A stretch of 64,000 bases of DNA, taken from the NCBI GenBank assembly GCA_034780895.1, contig JAUZTB010000127.1:32276956-32340955 (forward strand), written 5' to 3'. Below are positions 1 to 13,659 of this stretch, one piece after another (the first letter of the stretch is position 1; each line of letters opens with the position of its first letter). Made by a program: the position numbers and the translations under genes. Below the pieces are notes generated by a model that did no database searches, had not been told where the DNA came from, and saw only the letters and a list, made by a program, of their open reading frames with translations. This stretch comes from Rhynchobatus australiae. Lineage: Eukaryota.

Positions 1-39
1 TATGAATCTGTGTGCTACGCTAAACGTCATCAAAACCGC

Positions 40-265
40 ACTGAACTCTTGATTCACATACAGAGCAGACCAGGTAAAGATGGTAGGCTTCCTCTGCTGA
101 AGGACATCAATGAATCAAACAGGGCTTTACATCAAGCCAATGGTTTCACGGCCATCATTAGTAAGATTAAGAGATCTTTCTTCAAATTCTAGATTGACTA
201 AATTCCACAGCTGTAATGGTGCAATTTGAACCTGGGCCTCTGAATTGCTAATCTAGTGGTAACCA
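40..265 (-). mobile_element. tRNA-derived SINE fragment (same family as 54385-54770)
   Basis: ggtaaagatggtaggcttcctctgctgaaggacatc...atttgaacctggg (reverse B-box) resembles the copy at 54.4-54.8 kb. Confidence 0.6.
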
Positions 266-2221
266 GAGCTGTAAGATAACTGCTCCACCACCAGTTCTGA
301 GAAGAAAGGAAGCTTCTGTAACAGCCTCATGGATGTCAATATCAAAATGTTGCAAGATGTCAATCTGTCCTGTGGCTTAATGCAAACGAGAGTGGGGACA
401 GTTCTTGTTCTGTAGTTTGTTCCTGTAATACATCGCACTTATTTCTCTATGCTTTGTGAGAGGAGCACAGAGAATATTTTCGTCAGTTCTGAACAAATTA
501 TTTAGGCATTGTGTCATTTTGCATCCTATTGAAACAATCATGTAAACAATTTGATTTAAGCAGATTTAGCAAATCACATTACAGCATGAAATGTGGTGCC
601 TAGGACAGGGGCCACATATCTTTCTGTGGNNNNNNNNNNGCTCTGACTCACTGAAGTCCACAATCTTCAAAGATTTCTCTCTCACTTAATTGTTTTTCTC
701 ATTTGCTGTTAATGTTTTCCTAAGAGACAACTCCTCTTCTAGTCGTTCATGATTCGGTCTATTAAACACTGCTTCTTGTTCAACCATTGTGGCAGATTCT
801 CTTCAGTTGAGTCTGCCCTTTGTGATCCAGTGTATGTGATTTTAGTTTTATGACATGTAAACCATTATACTACTTTACAGCCACAATTTGCATGAGATTC
901 TCATATTTACTAAGAAATTGAATGCAGAAAAATCATTTGCATAAAAAGCAGTTAGTTCCCAAGTTCTTCATTTACTGCCAAATTACTTCTGGTAAGGTTT
1001 GGCAGATGTTTGGAGGGATTCTGTCCTGTGAGGAGGACTGGATACCCTCTTCCTGCCCAACTCAGGAACACCAACCTGCATGCTGTTCCTGGATGGCTTC
1101 TAGCCATGTAGAATGTTTCCCTGCTGACATTGAGTGCAGCCAGGATACCCCTTCTTTTTCCAGAAACGCTAACTGCTATTACTCAACACTGGAGAAACCC
1201 AATTTTCCATATTGCTTTCCCTCCCCTCAGTCAATGAATAGGTCAAAGACAGCTGGGATCATTTCAATGAGATCCCAGTATGAGTTTAACTCACTTCTTG
1301 GGCCCTTACATTGAATACGCTCAGTGACACCACACAAGGATTGCTAATAGTTTTATACAGGATGGGAAATTGACTTCTGTGTATGGTATCCCATATCATT
1401 TTCCCAAACTAGTTGGTCAACTCCAGGACAATCACCTAACAAAAAGAATGGCCAGGATTTTGTGGAAACATCTCAGCATAATCCTCCCAATGGGAACTTC
1501 TAGGATCGGCTGGGTGAATCCTTATAAGACAAAATGAGCCCTCCTGTAACAAATCTTTCCAAGTCCCATCTACANNNNNNNNNNTTGATTAATCTTTCAG
1601 TCCTTTTGAGTAAAAAGAGAAACAACCTCATATACCTACAATTATCATTCTCATCTTTTGAAAATTAGCCTTGAGGAAGGTGGGCTGCAGTATTGTTCGA
1701 CTTCAATTATTGCGTGGTTGCTTGATTAAATAAGAGTACTACCTGGGCAGTATATTTGGATACAAACACAGTTTTAGGCCATCTTGTTCATATCAGGAAG
1801 GGCAATACTTTGTGGGAAGTGTGGAATATTCTTTATATGATATCATTGTTATTCTGTAGCATTTGAACCCAACCAGGAACTCTATTCTGTAAATTCACTC
1901 TTCTGTGAAATTTGCATATCAATTCACATCCAGACACATCTCATCATGTTTGGTTAGGCTTCTGTTAGAGAAACTGGTGAAGCACACTTGTGGTAGGCTC
2001 AAATATCAGGTTTTTGTTGTGTTTCCAGACAGGTGTTATTCCTGCACTCAGCAGTTACGCTCTCGTGCAAGCTGATGGAAAACAATGTGAATCATAAANN
2101 NNNNNNNNNNNNNNNNNNNNNNNNNNNNNNNNNNNNNNNNNNNNNNNNNNNNNNNNNNNNNNNNNNNNNNNNNNNNNNNNNNNNNNNNNNNNNNNNNNAA
2201 CGTGTTCACACAACTTGTGGA

Positions 2222-2336
2222 CACAAAAGAGATTCTGCAGATGCTGGAATCTGGAGCAACACACATAAAATGCTGGAGGAACTCAGCAGGTCAGGCAGCA
2301 TGACCTGCTGAGTTCCTCCAGCATTTTGTGTGTGTT
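2222..2336. mobile_element. Miniature fold-back Penelope-like terminal-repeat insert with 14-bp TSD
   Basis: 36-bp inverted arms at 2258-2293 and 2301-2336. Flanking direct repeat ACACAACTTGTGGA at 2208-2221 and 2337-2350. Sequence is homologous to the element ends at 20674 and 28587. Confidence 0.8.
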
Positions 2337-3129
2337 ACACAACTTGTGGAAGTGGTTCACACCACCACAACAGAAAAGCTATCCTGAACGGACTCAGTTT
2401 TGCTTAACCAGCCATTCAGTTCTGTTGAGTGAAATGGGATATCACATCATATAATTAAAATAATCATTATTATCTTGTGAAAACTGCCCCTGGGGTTGGC
2501 AAGCTTCCTTTTTGTCTAGCTGCTATAAAGCAGTACTTGTTCGAGCAAACCCCTGGATGACTGTCACTAATGGCATCGTGGGAAGAAGAGTGACAGGGAG
2601 TGCACAGTAAACTCTGGTTTTGTTTGCCACAAGATCCCAAGAAATACTTAAAGAAAAATGATCAATTCCCACATGAGAACAATCAAACAAATAAAATCAC
2701 AACACTGGAGGAAGGATAACTAACTTGCATAGCAAGAAGAGGATTTAAGTGGGGCCAAAGTTGAGCGATTTGTGAGCTTTGATATGTGATTGGAGTTGAA
2801 TTGGCATGTCGGAATTTCTACATGCTGAATCTGCAAAGGATCCATGACAGCACTGTCTCTACTTGCACCACTGACATTTAGAAAGAACTGATGTGCATGT
2901 TGCAATTATATAAGTGTAAAGCTGTTGTCGGTATGCATTGAACACTCAGCTGATGAATACTGATGTGTTTAACTTTGATCGGAGTATTTCAGTTACAACT
3001 GTCACTATCAATTCTTTATCATTTTGAACTGTTATTATTGGTGAGAAACAATCACAGCTGTGATCTGAACAAGTTCAGTTTAGTTTACAAATCAAGTCAG
3101 GACACATTCCCTCCTGTGTAAAGTAATGT

Positions 3130-3370
3130 TATTTAATTCATTCACAGGATGTGGGAATTACTGACATTGCCCATCCCTGTGTGCCCTTGAGGAGGCTGCG
3201 GTGAGCCATCTTCTTGAACTGCTGCAGTCTTTGTGGTCAATGCTTTCACACAGTATCATTGGCGAGATGGTTCCAAGATTTTGCCTGTGAACGATGGCGA
3301 TGTCTGTCTGATCGGGAGAATATGTGACTTGGAGCTGGTGCTGTCCCCATGTGACTACTGCCTTGAAATA
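3130..3370 (-). mobile_element. LINE 3' end (CR1/L2-superfamily, same family as 15490-15905)
   Basis: attcacaggatgtggg...cattgcccatccct...cccttgag...ttcttgaactgctgcagtc parallels 15490-15750. Confidence 0.65.
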
Positions 3371-4609
3371 AAAACAGAAAACGTTCGAAGCACTCTGCAT
3401 TTTCCAGAATTTTCTTTTATTTCAAATTTTCAGTGTCTGCTCTTTTTTATTTTCATTGACAGCTGCACTTGTTCTTCTCGAAAATGGAGCAGATAAGCTT
3501 GTCATGTGCTGACAAAGAGGACTTGTTTGAGCTGGGAAATTGCATTTGGTGATGCTATGCAGTAAAGCCACAGTGCAGCAGTGGAGTGCAGGAGGGAGCG
3601 TGGTCAGCGGGGTGTTAGTCAAGAGCACTGGGTGGTCATGGCTGTGCCCCCTCAATATTGCCTGAGCTGCAATCATCCTGGCAAACAGAGGAATTTTCAT
3701 CACACTTGACTTGTGCCTTCTGGTGCAAAGGCTTTGAGAAGTCAGGAAGTGAGTCACACATTAGCCTCGGACACACTCTAGGCAAAGAATTCACGGGCTG
3801 TTGTGCAGCCTGGGCTGTGAAGACGAGGAGCTCTTTCCTTATATTCCCTTTTCCATTATCCTTTGTAGATCCTTCCCCATTTTCTTTCTTCCACAGCCCT
3901 GCACCCAGCTGCACTTTAGCCTATGTATAACGTGCAGAGGCTACAGTTCAGTCTCTGATTCAGCCTTCTTTGTTCTCACAGTGTTTCTTCCAACAACAGT
4001 AACCCTGCTCACTTTCCAACTTTTGGCTTCAGCTCTACACCAACCAAAAACTTGGCCTCTGCAACACTGCTCTATTACATGTCTGAAGTAATAACCCAAA
4101 TTTGGTTTCCAGATTCCTGGAATTTTCTGGACACCAAAATATGTTTCCACACCAGACTGCCCTTTAAGACTCAGCTGCTGTGTCTTTGTCCTGGTGCTCA
4201 GCTGCTTGAATTTTAACGTAGCTTTAATCAACTGACGGTCTTCACCCCTCTTTCTGTGTCCATATCCACACCACTGGTTCTTTGGCTGGAGCCTCAGTCT
4301 GATCCCCGGAGAGATTTCCTCATTTCTGGTCTGCCATGTATTTCTCCATTGCTTGGCAGCCTACACCACTATTTTGTTCTAGTGAGAACAGATCATATAG
4401 AGCTCCTGGTTTTCACAGTTCTATGAATTATATCTCCACCAGTGTATGCTGTGATATTGTACCCTCCAATTCCTTCAACTCACTTGCCCACAACACTCAT
4501 CTCCTGAATAGGTTCATGAAAGGCCCATGCTTTCTCCATCCTACCTGCATTGACCTATCATACCGTGGGGTCATGTCCTTTAAAATGCCATGTAGCTATT
4601 TAAGAAAGT

Positions 4610-5220
4610 AACGGATATGGATAACAGGGAATTGCAATGGAGGTATTGTATATGGACTTTTAGAAGCCCTTTGGAAATTACTAGAGGGAAATAAGGGTTG
4701 GGACTTAGGGGAACAAAACCATACTAGGTTGTAAATTTGTTGGAAGAGAGAAAATGGAGAATAGGAATTAAAGGCAATTTGTTAAGGTGGTTGAAAGAGA
4801 TGCTAAACAAAATAACATTGTTTTAGCCCTGGAGAATGTGATACTAAAACCTGTAGCTGATACCAAAATAGGAATCAAAGTTATCAACTTACACCAATAT
4901 AAATCAGGTGACTTGATGGAATAGGCTAAAGACTGAATTCATTGTCACTAACAATGGTGTGCAACATCGTAATTGACAAAAGTCACTTCCCAAATGGATG
5001 TCGTTTGGGTGCAGTGAAGAGCAGAGGTCTTAATTAGGTGCACGAAAAGTTAAAGGCACCACCTCTGGTTGTTAAAGTTCTCTAAAAATAGCTAATAAAA
5101 TTCTAAGTTTTAACTGCAGATATAGAATATGAACAACAAAGGGAAGTGATGATGCTGCATAAAACTTTAATAGGATGCAATAAGTCAATGAGAACTATGG
5201 GTTTTCACACTATAGGATAG
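4610..5220 (+). mobile_element. Highly decayed CR1 LINE RT fragment
   Basis: gtatatggacttttagaagcc resembles the CR1 VYMDFxKAF motif; downstream sequence is CR1-like. Confidence 0.55.
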
Positions 5221-5309
5221 GTAAGGAGGAGAAGTTTGACTTTAGTCACTACCAGCAGGTACACACAAGAGACAATTTACAGTAGCCAATTAACCTGCCA
5301 ACCTGCACA

Positions 5310-5545
5310 TAGAATCACAGAGGTGTGCAGCACAGAAACAGGCCCTTTGGCTCACCTCCCCCTTGCTGACCGTGATGTTTATCTACATTAATCCCATCTG
5401 CGCACATGAGGCCTGTATCCCTCTACACCTTTCCTATCCAAATACCTTTTAAATGTCGTAATTGTATCTGCCTCCACTGGCAGCTTGTTCCAGATATTCA
5501 CCACCCTCTGTATGGAAAAAAAACCTACCCCTCAGATCTCTATCT
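5310..5545 (-). mobile_element. CR1 LINE 3' end
   Basis: cagcacagaaacaggccctttgg...ttccagatattcaccaccctctg, homologous to the reverse complement of 31800-32020. Confidence 0.8.
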
Positions 5546-7469
5546 TTGGCATTTGCCCTGGTGACCTGCTTGATTCATGTGTGCACTGTCTATCAACTGG
5601 ATTTATCTGTCCTGTGATGTGGCATTCAGTACTCCAATCACCTTTACAGTCCTAGCAATACGATGAATGCTATTGATGTCTTTTGCAAGTCAGACTCCAG
5701 TGGACAACACAATTCTATCATTGTTTCCCTGACAAAAGGGAGACTGAGAATACTACTGTTCTTGGATGTTCTCAGTTGATTTGCCCTGGCCTCTCCATGT
5801 GATTTTGTGGACTACGTTGGGTTCAAGCAGTTCACTTCTGGTGACCCTGTCTTGTACTAATAAACAGGCGCAGTCATTCAGTGCCCATGGAGAGAACAGC
5901 CATGTTCAGGATATTCTACAGTCAAGAATACATGGGATTGGCTGGGTTGGAGGATCAAAATGTTCAAAATTTGAAACAGGATCTCAATCGAGCTCAAACC
6001 TGTTTACTTCCAATTTTAAAGGGGCTGGGACATTTTGTGCTTCCATTTTTACAGGGATTCTCCCTTTCACCCACATCACTTAGTTTCGTGGGAACCAGGA
6101 GAATCAGCTGGTAGAAGAAGCCAGGAAGGCTGGAATCTATTGCGTAAATACTTTTACAGCCCTGCTGGTGAACCAGGAAAAGAGTGTTTCCCCAGTACAA
6201 CAGGTCTATCCTTTAAAAACCACTGCCCATGATCTCCACATCATCCCATCCCTGCATACCAATCTTTGTCCCTGCTATATCTTCTCAGGAATCCTGTGAC
6301 CATAAAGGACTCTACTCCTTCCCATGATCACGAACTCCCTGTGATCACCCCCATTTTAGTTCTGCCAAACCTTTCCCACACTTTCCCATCATCTCTATCT
6401 CGAATGTGCACAAAACATACCTATTTCTTGGTTGAATGCTTCTCTGAAACCGGTCCTGTCCAACAGGTACTGAGTCTGGTTTCTAGACAGGGAATCTCTA
6501 TAACAATCATTGATGATCCAAAGAGATCTAATTATTAGTCTGCGCATTGAACTCAGTCACTTAGAGCCAATTTTCAAAAGTAATTGGAAATTCTGGGTTA
6601 TTCTTACATCTACGGCAGTCCTGTTCTGATCTGGAGTTTAAAATGATTGACAGCTTTGCATCTATGTTGAAAACAGAATGGGAAACCAGTTTCTATGAGA
6701 ACAAAGGGAATGTTCACTGAAGATCCATACATGACATGCTTTCAGTGCCTTAGACATGACATCACTACTCAGCATGTATATGAACTAAAATAGCACAATC
6801 ACCTTAAGCATGTATGCAATTTCAAATCTCAAATGTAGAAGTGTAACATGTGTTTAAATATAGTAGCAAAGAATATTTCTGCATTAAAATATCTCCAGTC
6901 ATTATTTCAATTTATTTTAATTCCAGTACTGAATAAATATGAATTGCATTTATTTCTCAGGAGCAAAAAATTGTGACATATTGTTGAATTTTTGAGGCAG
7001 AAATTTAACTTTAAAATCTGACATTTTTATCTGGCTCTATTTTTGAATCAGCCTGGTGCTTTATACCAATACTTTCCTTCTGTTGTGATTGAAAAATTAA
7101 TCTAAGTTTCACATCACATCCTAACATGATCCTGAATTATTACATTGGGGATATCCAGAAACCTTTTGCAACACCAGCATATCAGTCAAATACAATGGTT
7201 TAGAGAAAGAAGCTTACACAGAAGCAATTTACATGCTTGATATAGTACCAAGATGGACAGCATCTACTATATCATGCTATCAATTAAGATCTGTAATGAG
7301 CTCTTATACAAAATAAAGTGACAATATAAGAGTATTTACTTGATTGGCAAATCAAATGTAATATTTTCAATCTGAACATTTATTTGCTGTTTTCTTTTCA
7401 TTTTCATCACTTTTTACAAACAACTAGCAAAATATCCCAGGACAAGTACTTTTTTTTTACATTATGTTA

Positions 7470-7660
7470 TTAGATTGGGAATGCTTTTTCTGAACAGTTG
7501 GTGGATCTATATTAAGTTGTTCATTTCAAAGTCGAATTGGGTACATACTTGTAAAGAAGAAATCTGCACACCCCTGGGTAAATGCCAAGAGCCTCTGGGA
7601 TAGCTCTTATAAAGAGTTACAATGGGCAGAATGTCCTCCTATTCTCTATGAGGCTATGAT
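7470..7660 (+). mobile_element. CR1 3' fragment
   Basis: RxWNA-type coding remnant followed by the tail atgggcagaatgtcctcct...ctatga. Confidence 0.55.
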
Positions 7661-10059
7661 CGCATAAAGACTGAAAATTCAGCAAGAACTACTCAGAATC
7701 ATTGATAGACCACATTCACTCTAAAGTGCTCTATTTAACTCTTTGTGGTATATACTGGTGAAAGATCACATCATCTCTGGTGCTTTTCATAGTATCTGCT
7801 GATATTTAAACCACTAAGGACAAAGAAAGTGAAATATGTATAGGGAAGATACAAAAAGGAAGACCCCTGGCTTTATTTCAAAATAGTGCTAAAATAAACC
7901 AGGAGGGTGAATCTGCATTTCAACCTGTGTTACTGGGCTAAATGTTCTGCTAAAACTCCAGTCCAAAGATGTAATCAGAGATTGCCAAAACTTTCTTAGA
8001 ATCCCAATATCATCAGCCATTTGTTGCATGTAAGAACTTTGGCCGAGAGTTAAGAGTAACAAAAGCTATCCAGAGAATCTGTTTTCCTCATCAGATGCAG
8101 AGATTTTATCCAGAAAAGGCTGAGAAAGAAAATATTGGTCGTTATTAGTGTATAATAAGACAATGATCCGCACTTACCATACTGAAAGTACTTAATTCTA
8201 TGCTCTGTGTAGTTTATTTCATAGTATCTCAGCTAATTCATTAATATATCCATTCTTATCTCGCAGATCTAATCTGACAAAGAACCGAACTGAGATGGTC
8301 TAAACTCGCTCTAAAAATGGCGAGCAAAATGAAACTGTTCACCCTGGTGGCTGGGTTGAATTCGATCCCCCTTCTCAAAAGGTGAGAGAATATTGTGTGA
8401 CTCCCTGTGTCAACTAGCTCTATTCAATTTCCTTTTGAAATGTGAGGTTAGTTATCCAACATCCCTTTCCTTCACTCCTCACTGATGAATATCTCCTTAG
8501 AGCTCTTAAAAATTCCACTAAAGATGCAGTTTTATTTTGTAGTCTTTTGGGCAATACTTTCATTTGGAATCTTCTTTTCCTTCAAGACAGACATCTATAG
8601 ATTTTTACATATTACGGGATTCAAGCATCAGGGGTTAGTGCAGTAAAGTGAGGTAAAAGATCAGACATGATCTTATAGTGGGACAAAGCAGGCACGTGGG
8701 ACTGAATAACCAACTCCTGCTTCAATTTCTTGTGTTCTTAAATCTTTCTTGTAGCTTCTTTTCCTGCCAGTTATTTTTTGCTGAATTTATTGTTATTGAG
8801 TGGAACTTTACAATGGCCTGCATCCCTCACAATTTAATCTCCCCTGGTGCATGCCTTAATTCCTGTGTTGGACTATTCTTACCCTTGTGCCTTGTTTTTA
8901 TGGCCTTTGCAAACCAATAGCCTGATCAGTTGTGCTTATGGTTAATTATTTCATGTGAAGAGAAACTGTTTTAAGGTAATGAAAACTTGGATTTAAAATT
9001 GTATATTGGTATTATCAAACAGACTGTCCTATCTCTTTACTTCAAGTGGTTTCACTGGTTAAAAAAGAGCTCCTGAAAAAGTGTGCTGTAACAAAGAATT
9101 GGAGCACTAGAATCAATAACTAAGGTTTTCAAATGTGAATTAAAAATACACTTTTGTACAAAGGATTCAGTTACATGACTAAGGAATGTCTGCCTTGCCT
9201 TTGGAGTTGCTGTGCTTGAGTACACCAGGTTGTTTTGGTTTCATGCCTTGCAGCAACATACCAGGTTAGGGAGTAACTTCTGCATCTTCACATTTTAGCT
9301 GCTGGCTACGAAACTCAAGTGTTGATTGAAAGGTAGTGGTTTAAGTGTCTGCTGGTCGCTTAATCATGATCATGTGTATCTGGATTCACCTTTGCAGGAT
9401 TTATTTTGGTTTGTGCTTCACTTTCTGTTCTCTCTAGAAAGTGCTGACTCTGTTTCGTCAATCTGCAGGAGCCTAAGCAGTGAGCGTTGCTAGACTATTC
9501 CACAATGGGAACGGCAAACTGACTCAATACTCCGACGTATACTTATTCCCGTAACAATTGCTAATGCGAAACAAGAATAACTCCTCACAATTAAGGAAAC
9601 TGAGAACATTCTAGTCTGTGCTGCTCAGATCCACATCATGTGCTGAATTATTCTCCATTATGAAAGACAACCTTGGTAATGATTTTAATCCAGAATGAAC
9701 ATGTGACTATATATTCACTTAAATCAAAAACCTCCAACGTCCATCTCTATAGTATATCTGACTCCCACCCCTTCTCAGTTCATCTGGTGCTGAAATCTTC
9801 TTCCATCCCTTTGTCACTCTGTCCCAGCATCATTTGCAACTCCTTCCATCCTTCTACCTCCATATCCTGGAATACTCTAATGGACACTCTGATGATTGCT
9901 ACCNNNNNNNNNNCCTCAAAACCTACCCCGACCCAACTGTCGGTTACCTTTGCCAGTTTCCAGCTCAGATACATATCTCCTCTACTTTGTTATCTGAAAC
10001 TAATCCTGGTTGCCTTCATTAAGGTAGTGCCATCACACAAATCAGCAGAAGTCACAGGA

Positions 10060-10295
10060 GGGGTGTGACAGAAAACCTTGAACGTAGAGAGTGCCATTGA
10101 CTGGAACTCACCACTTGTAAGGGTGGTGGAAAGGTTGGTGCTCTATCAAAGGGAATTGGATAACCATTCAATGGAGAATTCTTTCCAGGGGCTAAGAAAA
10201 AGATCAGGGCCTTGGATGAAATCTGCAAAGAGCCATGCTGGACTGAAGTGAACTGACAGGCCTCCTTCTGTGGGTAAAGACTACAAGAGTCTATG
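10060..10295 (+). mobile_element. CR1 3' fragment
   Basis: ctggaactcaccac...gggtggtgga...aaagggaattggata...ggcctccttctgtg...ctatga. Confidence 0.6.
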
Positions 10296-11054
10296 AAATC
10301 CTACATTGTTGCTAGGCAATTCTCTCACCATTCTGTGAAGTATCTTCAGCTATTTTTCTATTTTAATTATGCTGTTTTTGAGATTTTNNNNNNNNTTTCT
10401 TGTTCTGCTTTTTCCTTAATCTGTGAGCAGTTCCATATTTTATCATAACTCTTTGCTGTGGTTTGTTTTATATAATGTGTGGCTACTGTAACTGTTACAA
10501 ATTTCTCTGGGTCCCAGGCAACTTATTCATAGCTGTGCTTTGTTCATTCACAGGATAGCTAACAAAGTTAGCCCCGCCAGAAATAATGTTTGACTCTCTT
10601 CAGTAAGTCTGGAAAATCATGTGCTATTTTGTGATATCTAAATAGCATTTTTGGGAGAAAAAAACACAACATTCATTCAAATGGAAAATTTATGCACCTG
10701 ATTGGCAAGAGCATGTGAGATCTGTTTAATGAGATATCTGTCAATGAGTGACAAAGGTTACCATTTTGCAAAGAGTAGTGCAAAATAACCTGAAATGCTC
10801 CATCAGAATTTTCTTTACGGATAATACATACTCCAGTAATAGTGTGGAGTATATTTCCACTGCATAACGCCGAAATGTTGTATTTTTTTTAAAGATATTT
10901 ATGCCATCACCATTTTCTCCAGATCACATGCTACTCTGACGAAGTGGGGTAGATTGCTGGATCTGACAGAAATAATAACCTGCATGGCAGAAGAGGAAAA
11001 TATCAAGTAATACCTGATAATTCAGAAGAACATAATTGTGTTTCATTGCAGATG

Positions 11055-11965
11055 GCATAGCGTGCAGCAAATAGTGCTGCTGCCACACAGTTCTGGGAAC
11101 CCAGGTTTGAACCTGACTTTGGGTACTGTGTTGGATGTTCTCTCTGTGACCACAGGATCTCTACCGGGTGCTGTAGTTTCCACCTACATTCTAAAGAACT
11201 GGCCAATATAAATTCCTCATTGTGTCACTAAGTGGCAAAATAATCACCAATTTTTATAGATGCACCATTGAAAGCAGCCTATCCAGACACATTACAGCTT
11301 GATATAGCAACTGCTCTGCCCAAGACCGCAAGAAATTGCAGAGAGCTGTGGACACAGCCCAGTCTATCACGAAAAACGACCTCCCCTCCATACACTCTGT
11401 CTATACTTTTCACTGCCTCAGAAAAGAAGCTAGCACAATCAAAGATCCCTCCCATCTCAGACATTCTCTCCTGTTTCAACAGGAAGAAGATACAAGACCT
11501 TGAAAACAGGTACCACCAGGCTCAAGGACAGCTTCTACCCCCCTGTTATAAGACTCTTGAATGGACCTCTTGTATGTTAAAGATGGACTCCTGACCTCAC
11601 AATCTGTCTCATCAAAGCACCCTTGCACTTTATTGTCTACTTGCACTTTCTCTGTAACTGTAATTATAACACTATATTTTGCATTCTGTTATTGGTTTTC
11701 CCTTGTACTACCTCAAGTATGTTTTGAAATGACCTCTACGGATGGCATGCAAAACTAATTTTTTCACCGTATCTTGGTACGTATGGCAATAATAAACCAA
11801 TAGCAATCCAAATAATCAAAGAGAGGTCGAAGGACAGAGGAGAGAGAGTAGGTTGCAGGGATACAGGGAAATTAAAAGAGAATGGGACTGATGGGGTTAC
11901 TCATCTAGGAGCCACCATAGACTCAATGGGGTGAATGGCCACCTTCTGTATCGTAGTTAGTATTT
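11055..11965 (+). mobile_element. V-SINE (HE1-like), split by a Rex1/Babar insertion
   Basis: tRNA-like head with B-box ggtttgaacct and V-domain ttctctctgtgaccac at 11055-11246. The tail resumes at 11819 and ends in CR1-like atggggtgaatggccaccttctgt. Confidence 0.7.
11247..11809 (+). mobile_element. Rex1/Babar-clade LINE, 5'-truncated 3' end
   Basis: Decayed FYRCTIES...ITAxYSNCSAQDRKKLQRAVDTAQSIT, typical of the Rex1 RT C-terminus. Tail aataataaaccaatagcaatcc. 9-bp TSD AAATAATCA at 11238-11246 and 11810-11818. Confidence 0.8.
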
Positions 11966-12976
11966 ATGAATCAGATAGCCATTTTAAAAATGGTTGCATA
12001 TTTATTTCAAATTCCAAAAGTGCATTCCTTAAAGGTTGCACTCTCTAAATAAATAATTTCATTGTTGTTAAATAGACATCTTCATTTTATTGTTGAGTTT
12101 TCTGGGAACACATTGAATTATGTTCAGACAATTACCAGGATTCAGAGATAGTATGGAAGAGGTCAAATGAAGTGTAGGTTTTCAGTTTCACTTGGCACTC
12201 ATCCCTAGCACAATGTTCTCAATGAACCAAAGCCATTGATCAATACAGCAATTAACTTATGAAATATGCTACGCGCATTCCGATTAAATCAGTTTTATGA
12301 ATTTATCTGCATACTGACTGAATATTCCTGAGCATTGGATTCAAAGCATCAATTTACAACATAGCCACCATTTATACAACAGGCAACCTGAAGTTATAGA
12401 GAAGTTGAACTGCAAAGTACGTGTTGCAATACTCTGCGTTAATCAAAACCAAAACAGTGCTGTCACTTCCCCTCACATGAACCATTTCCCCAGCCAAGAA
12501 AAAAAAATGCTTGGGAAGAGCAGTGCATAATGGGAGGATTGTGTTTCACAGCATTTTGAGCTGGAAATGAATGAGGTAATGAACAATGACAATAGCACAC
12601 TTTCTCTTTAACAGAGATCCAGCCTATTGGAAATCCAATGACATGTGGGTGTATGACATACTGTTGTAATAACACTGGTCCACTTTAAAACAAAAATGCT
12701 TAGTTCAGTTGAGCCATATATCAACTGTGTGAAAAATTCAAAATTTGTCAATCTATTTCAAGAGCTAAAAGTAGTTTAATGCAGTAAAGCTAATGCTTGG
12801 TAAAGAAACATTCATTCAGTGATCTCTGTTTAAGGGAAGCAATATGAAAAACTTTTCCACATTTTAAGAGTACATTAGAATGTTATTAAAAGGCAGTTTG
12901 AATAATAATCTTGTACTTGTTTCTGCTTATGTGTTAAAGAGCTCCACAGGGACACTCTAACACTTAAGCACATCTT

Positions 12977-13285
12977 GGCACAGTGGCACAGTTAGTGGTG
13001 CTGCTTCCTCACAGCTCCAACAACTCAGGTTCAGCCCTCACCTCCAGTACTGTATGTGTGTGGAGTCTGTACATTCTCCCTGTGACCACATGGGTTTTCT
13101 CCCACATCTCACAGACGTTGGGGTTGGTAGGTTCATTGGCCCTTAGTGTGTGTGTAAATAGTGGAAACTGGAGAAGGGAGAAGTGGACAGTAGGAGTGAT
13201 GGGAATATGGAGCAAATAAAACTGGATTGGAGTAGGTAGCTGCTGTACAGTTGGTGGGCCCATTGTGTCTGTGTAGTTCTAAATA
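12977..13285 (+). mobile_element. V-SINE (HE1-like tRNA-derived SINE)
   Basis: A-box tggcacagttagt, B-box ggttcagccct, V-domain tgtgtggagtctgtacattctccctgtgaccacatgggtttt. Confidence 0.8.
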
Positions 13286-13659
13286 ACAAACAAAGAGTTG
13301 GAAAAACCGGGTCTTACTTTGTTAGAACAACTCAAGTTGTGGGTCAATGTAATTCAAGTGCTTATCATTAACACAGGATAGATGAAAGTAAAAGAGCTAC
13401 ATTTACAGAGTACTTTTCCCAGCCTCAGAATGTCCCACCTTGTAACATAAGCAGTGTATCTATAATTGTTAAAGAAGGAGGAACTATAGATATATGTCAA
13501 AGATTTACAATAAAGGGCAAGAGTTTATGGGAGTGATCGTCAGGATGTAGAACTATTCTGTTGGAATAGGGGATGAGGAAAAGGTGTTGAAGGGTAATAG
13601 AACCATGTATTAAGTGGAGGTTAAAGTTGACCATAAGGGTGGTCCAAGACCAATACCTT

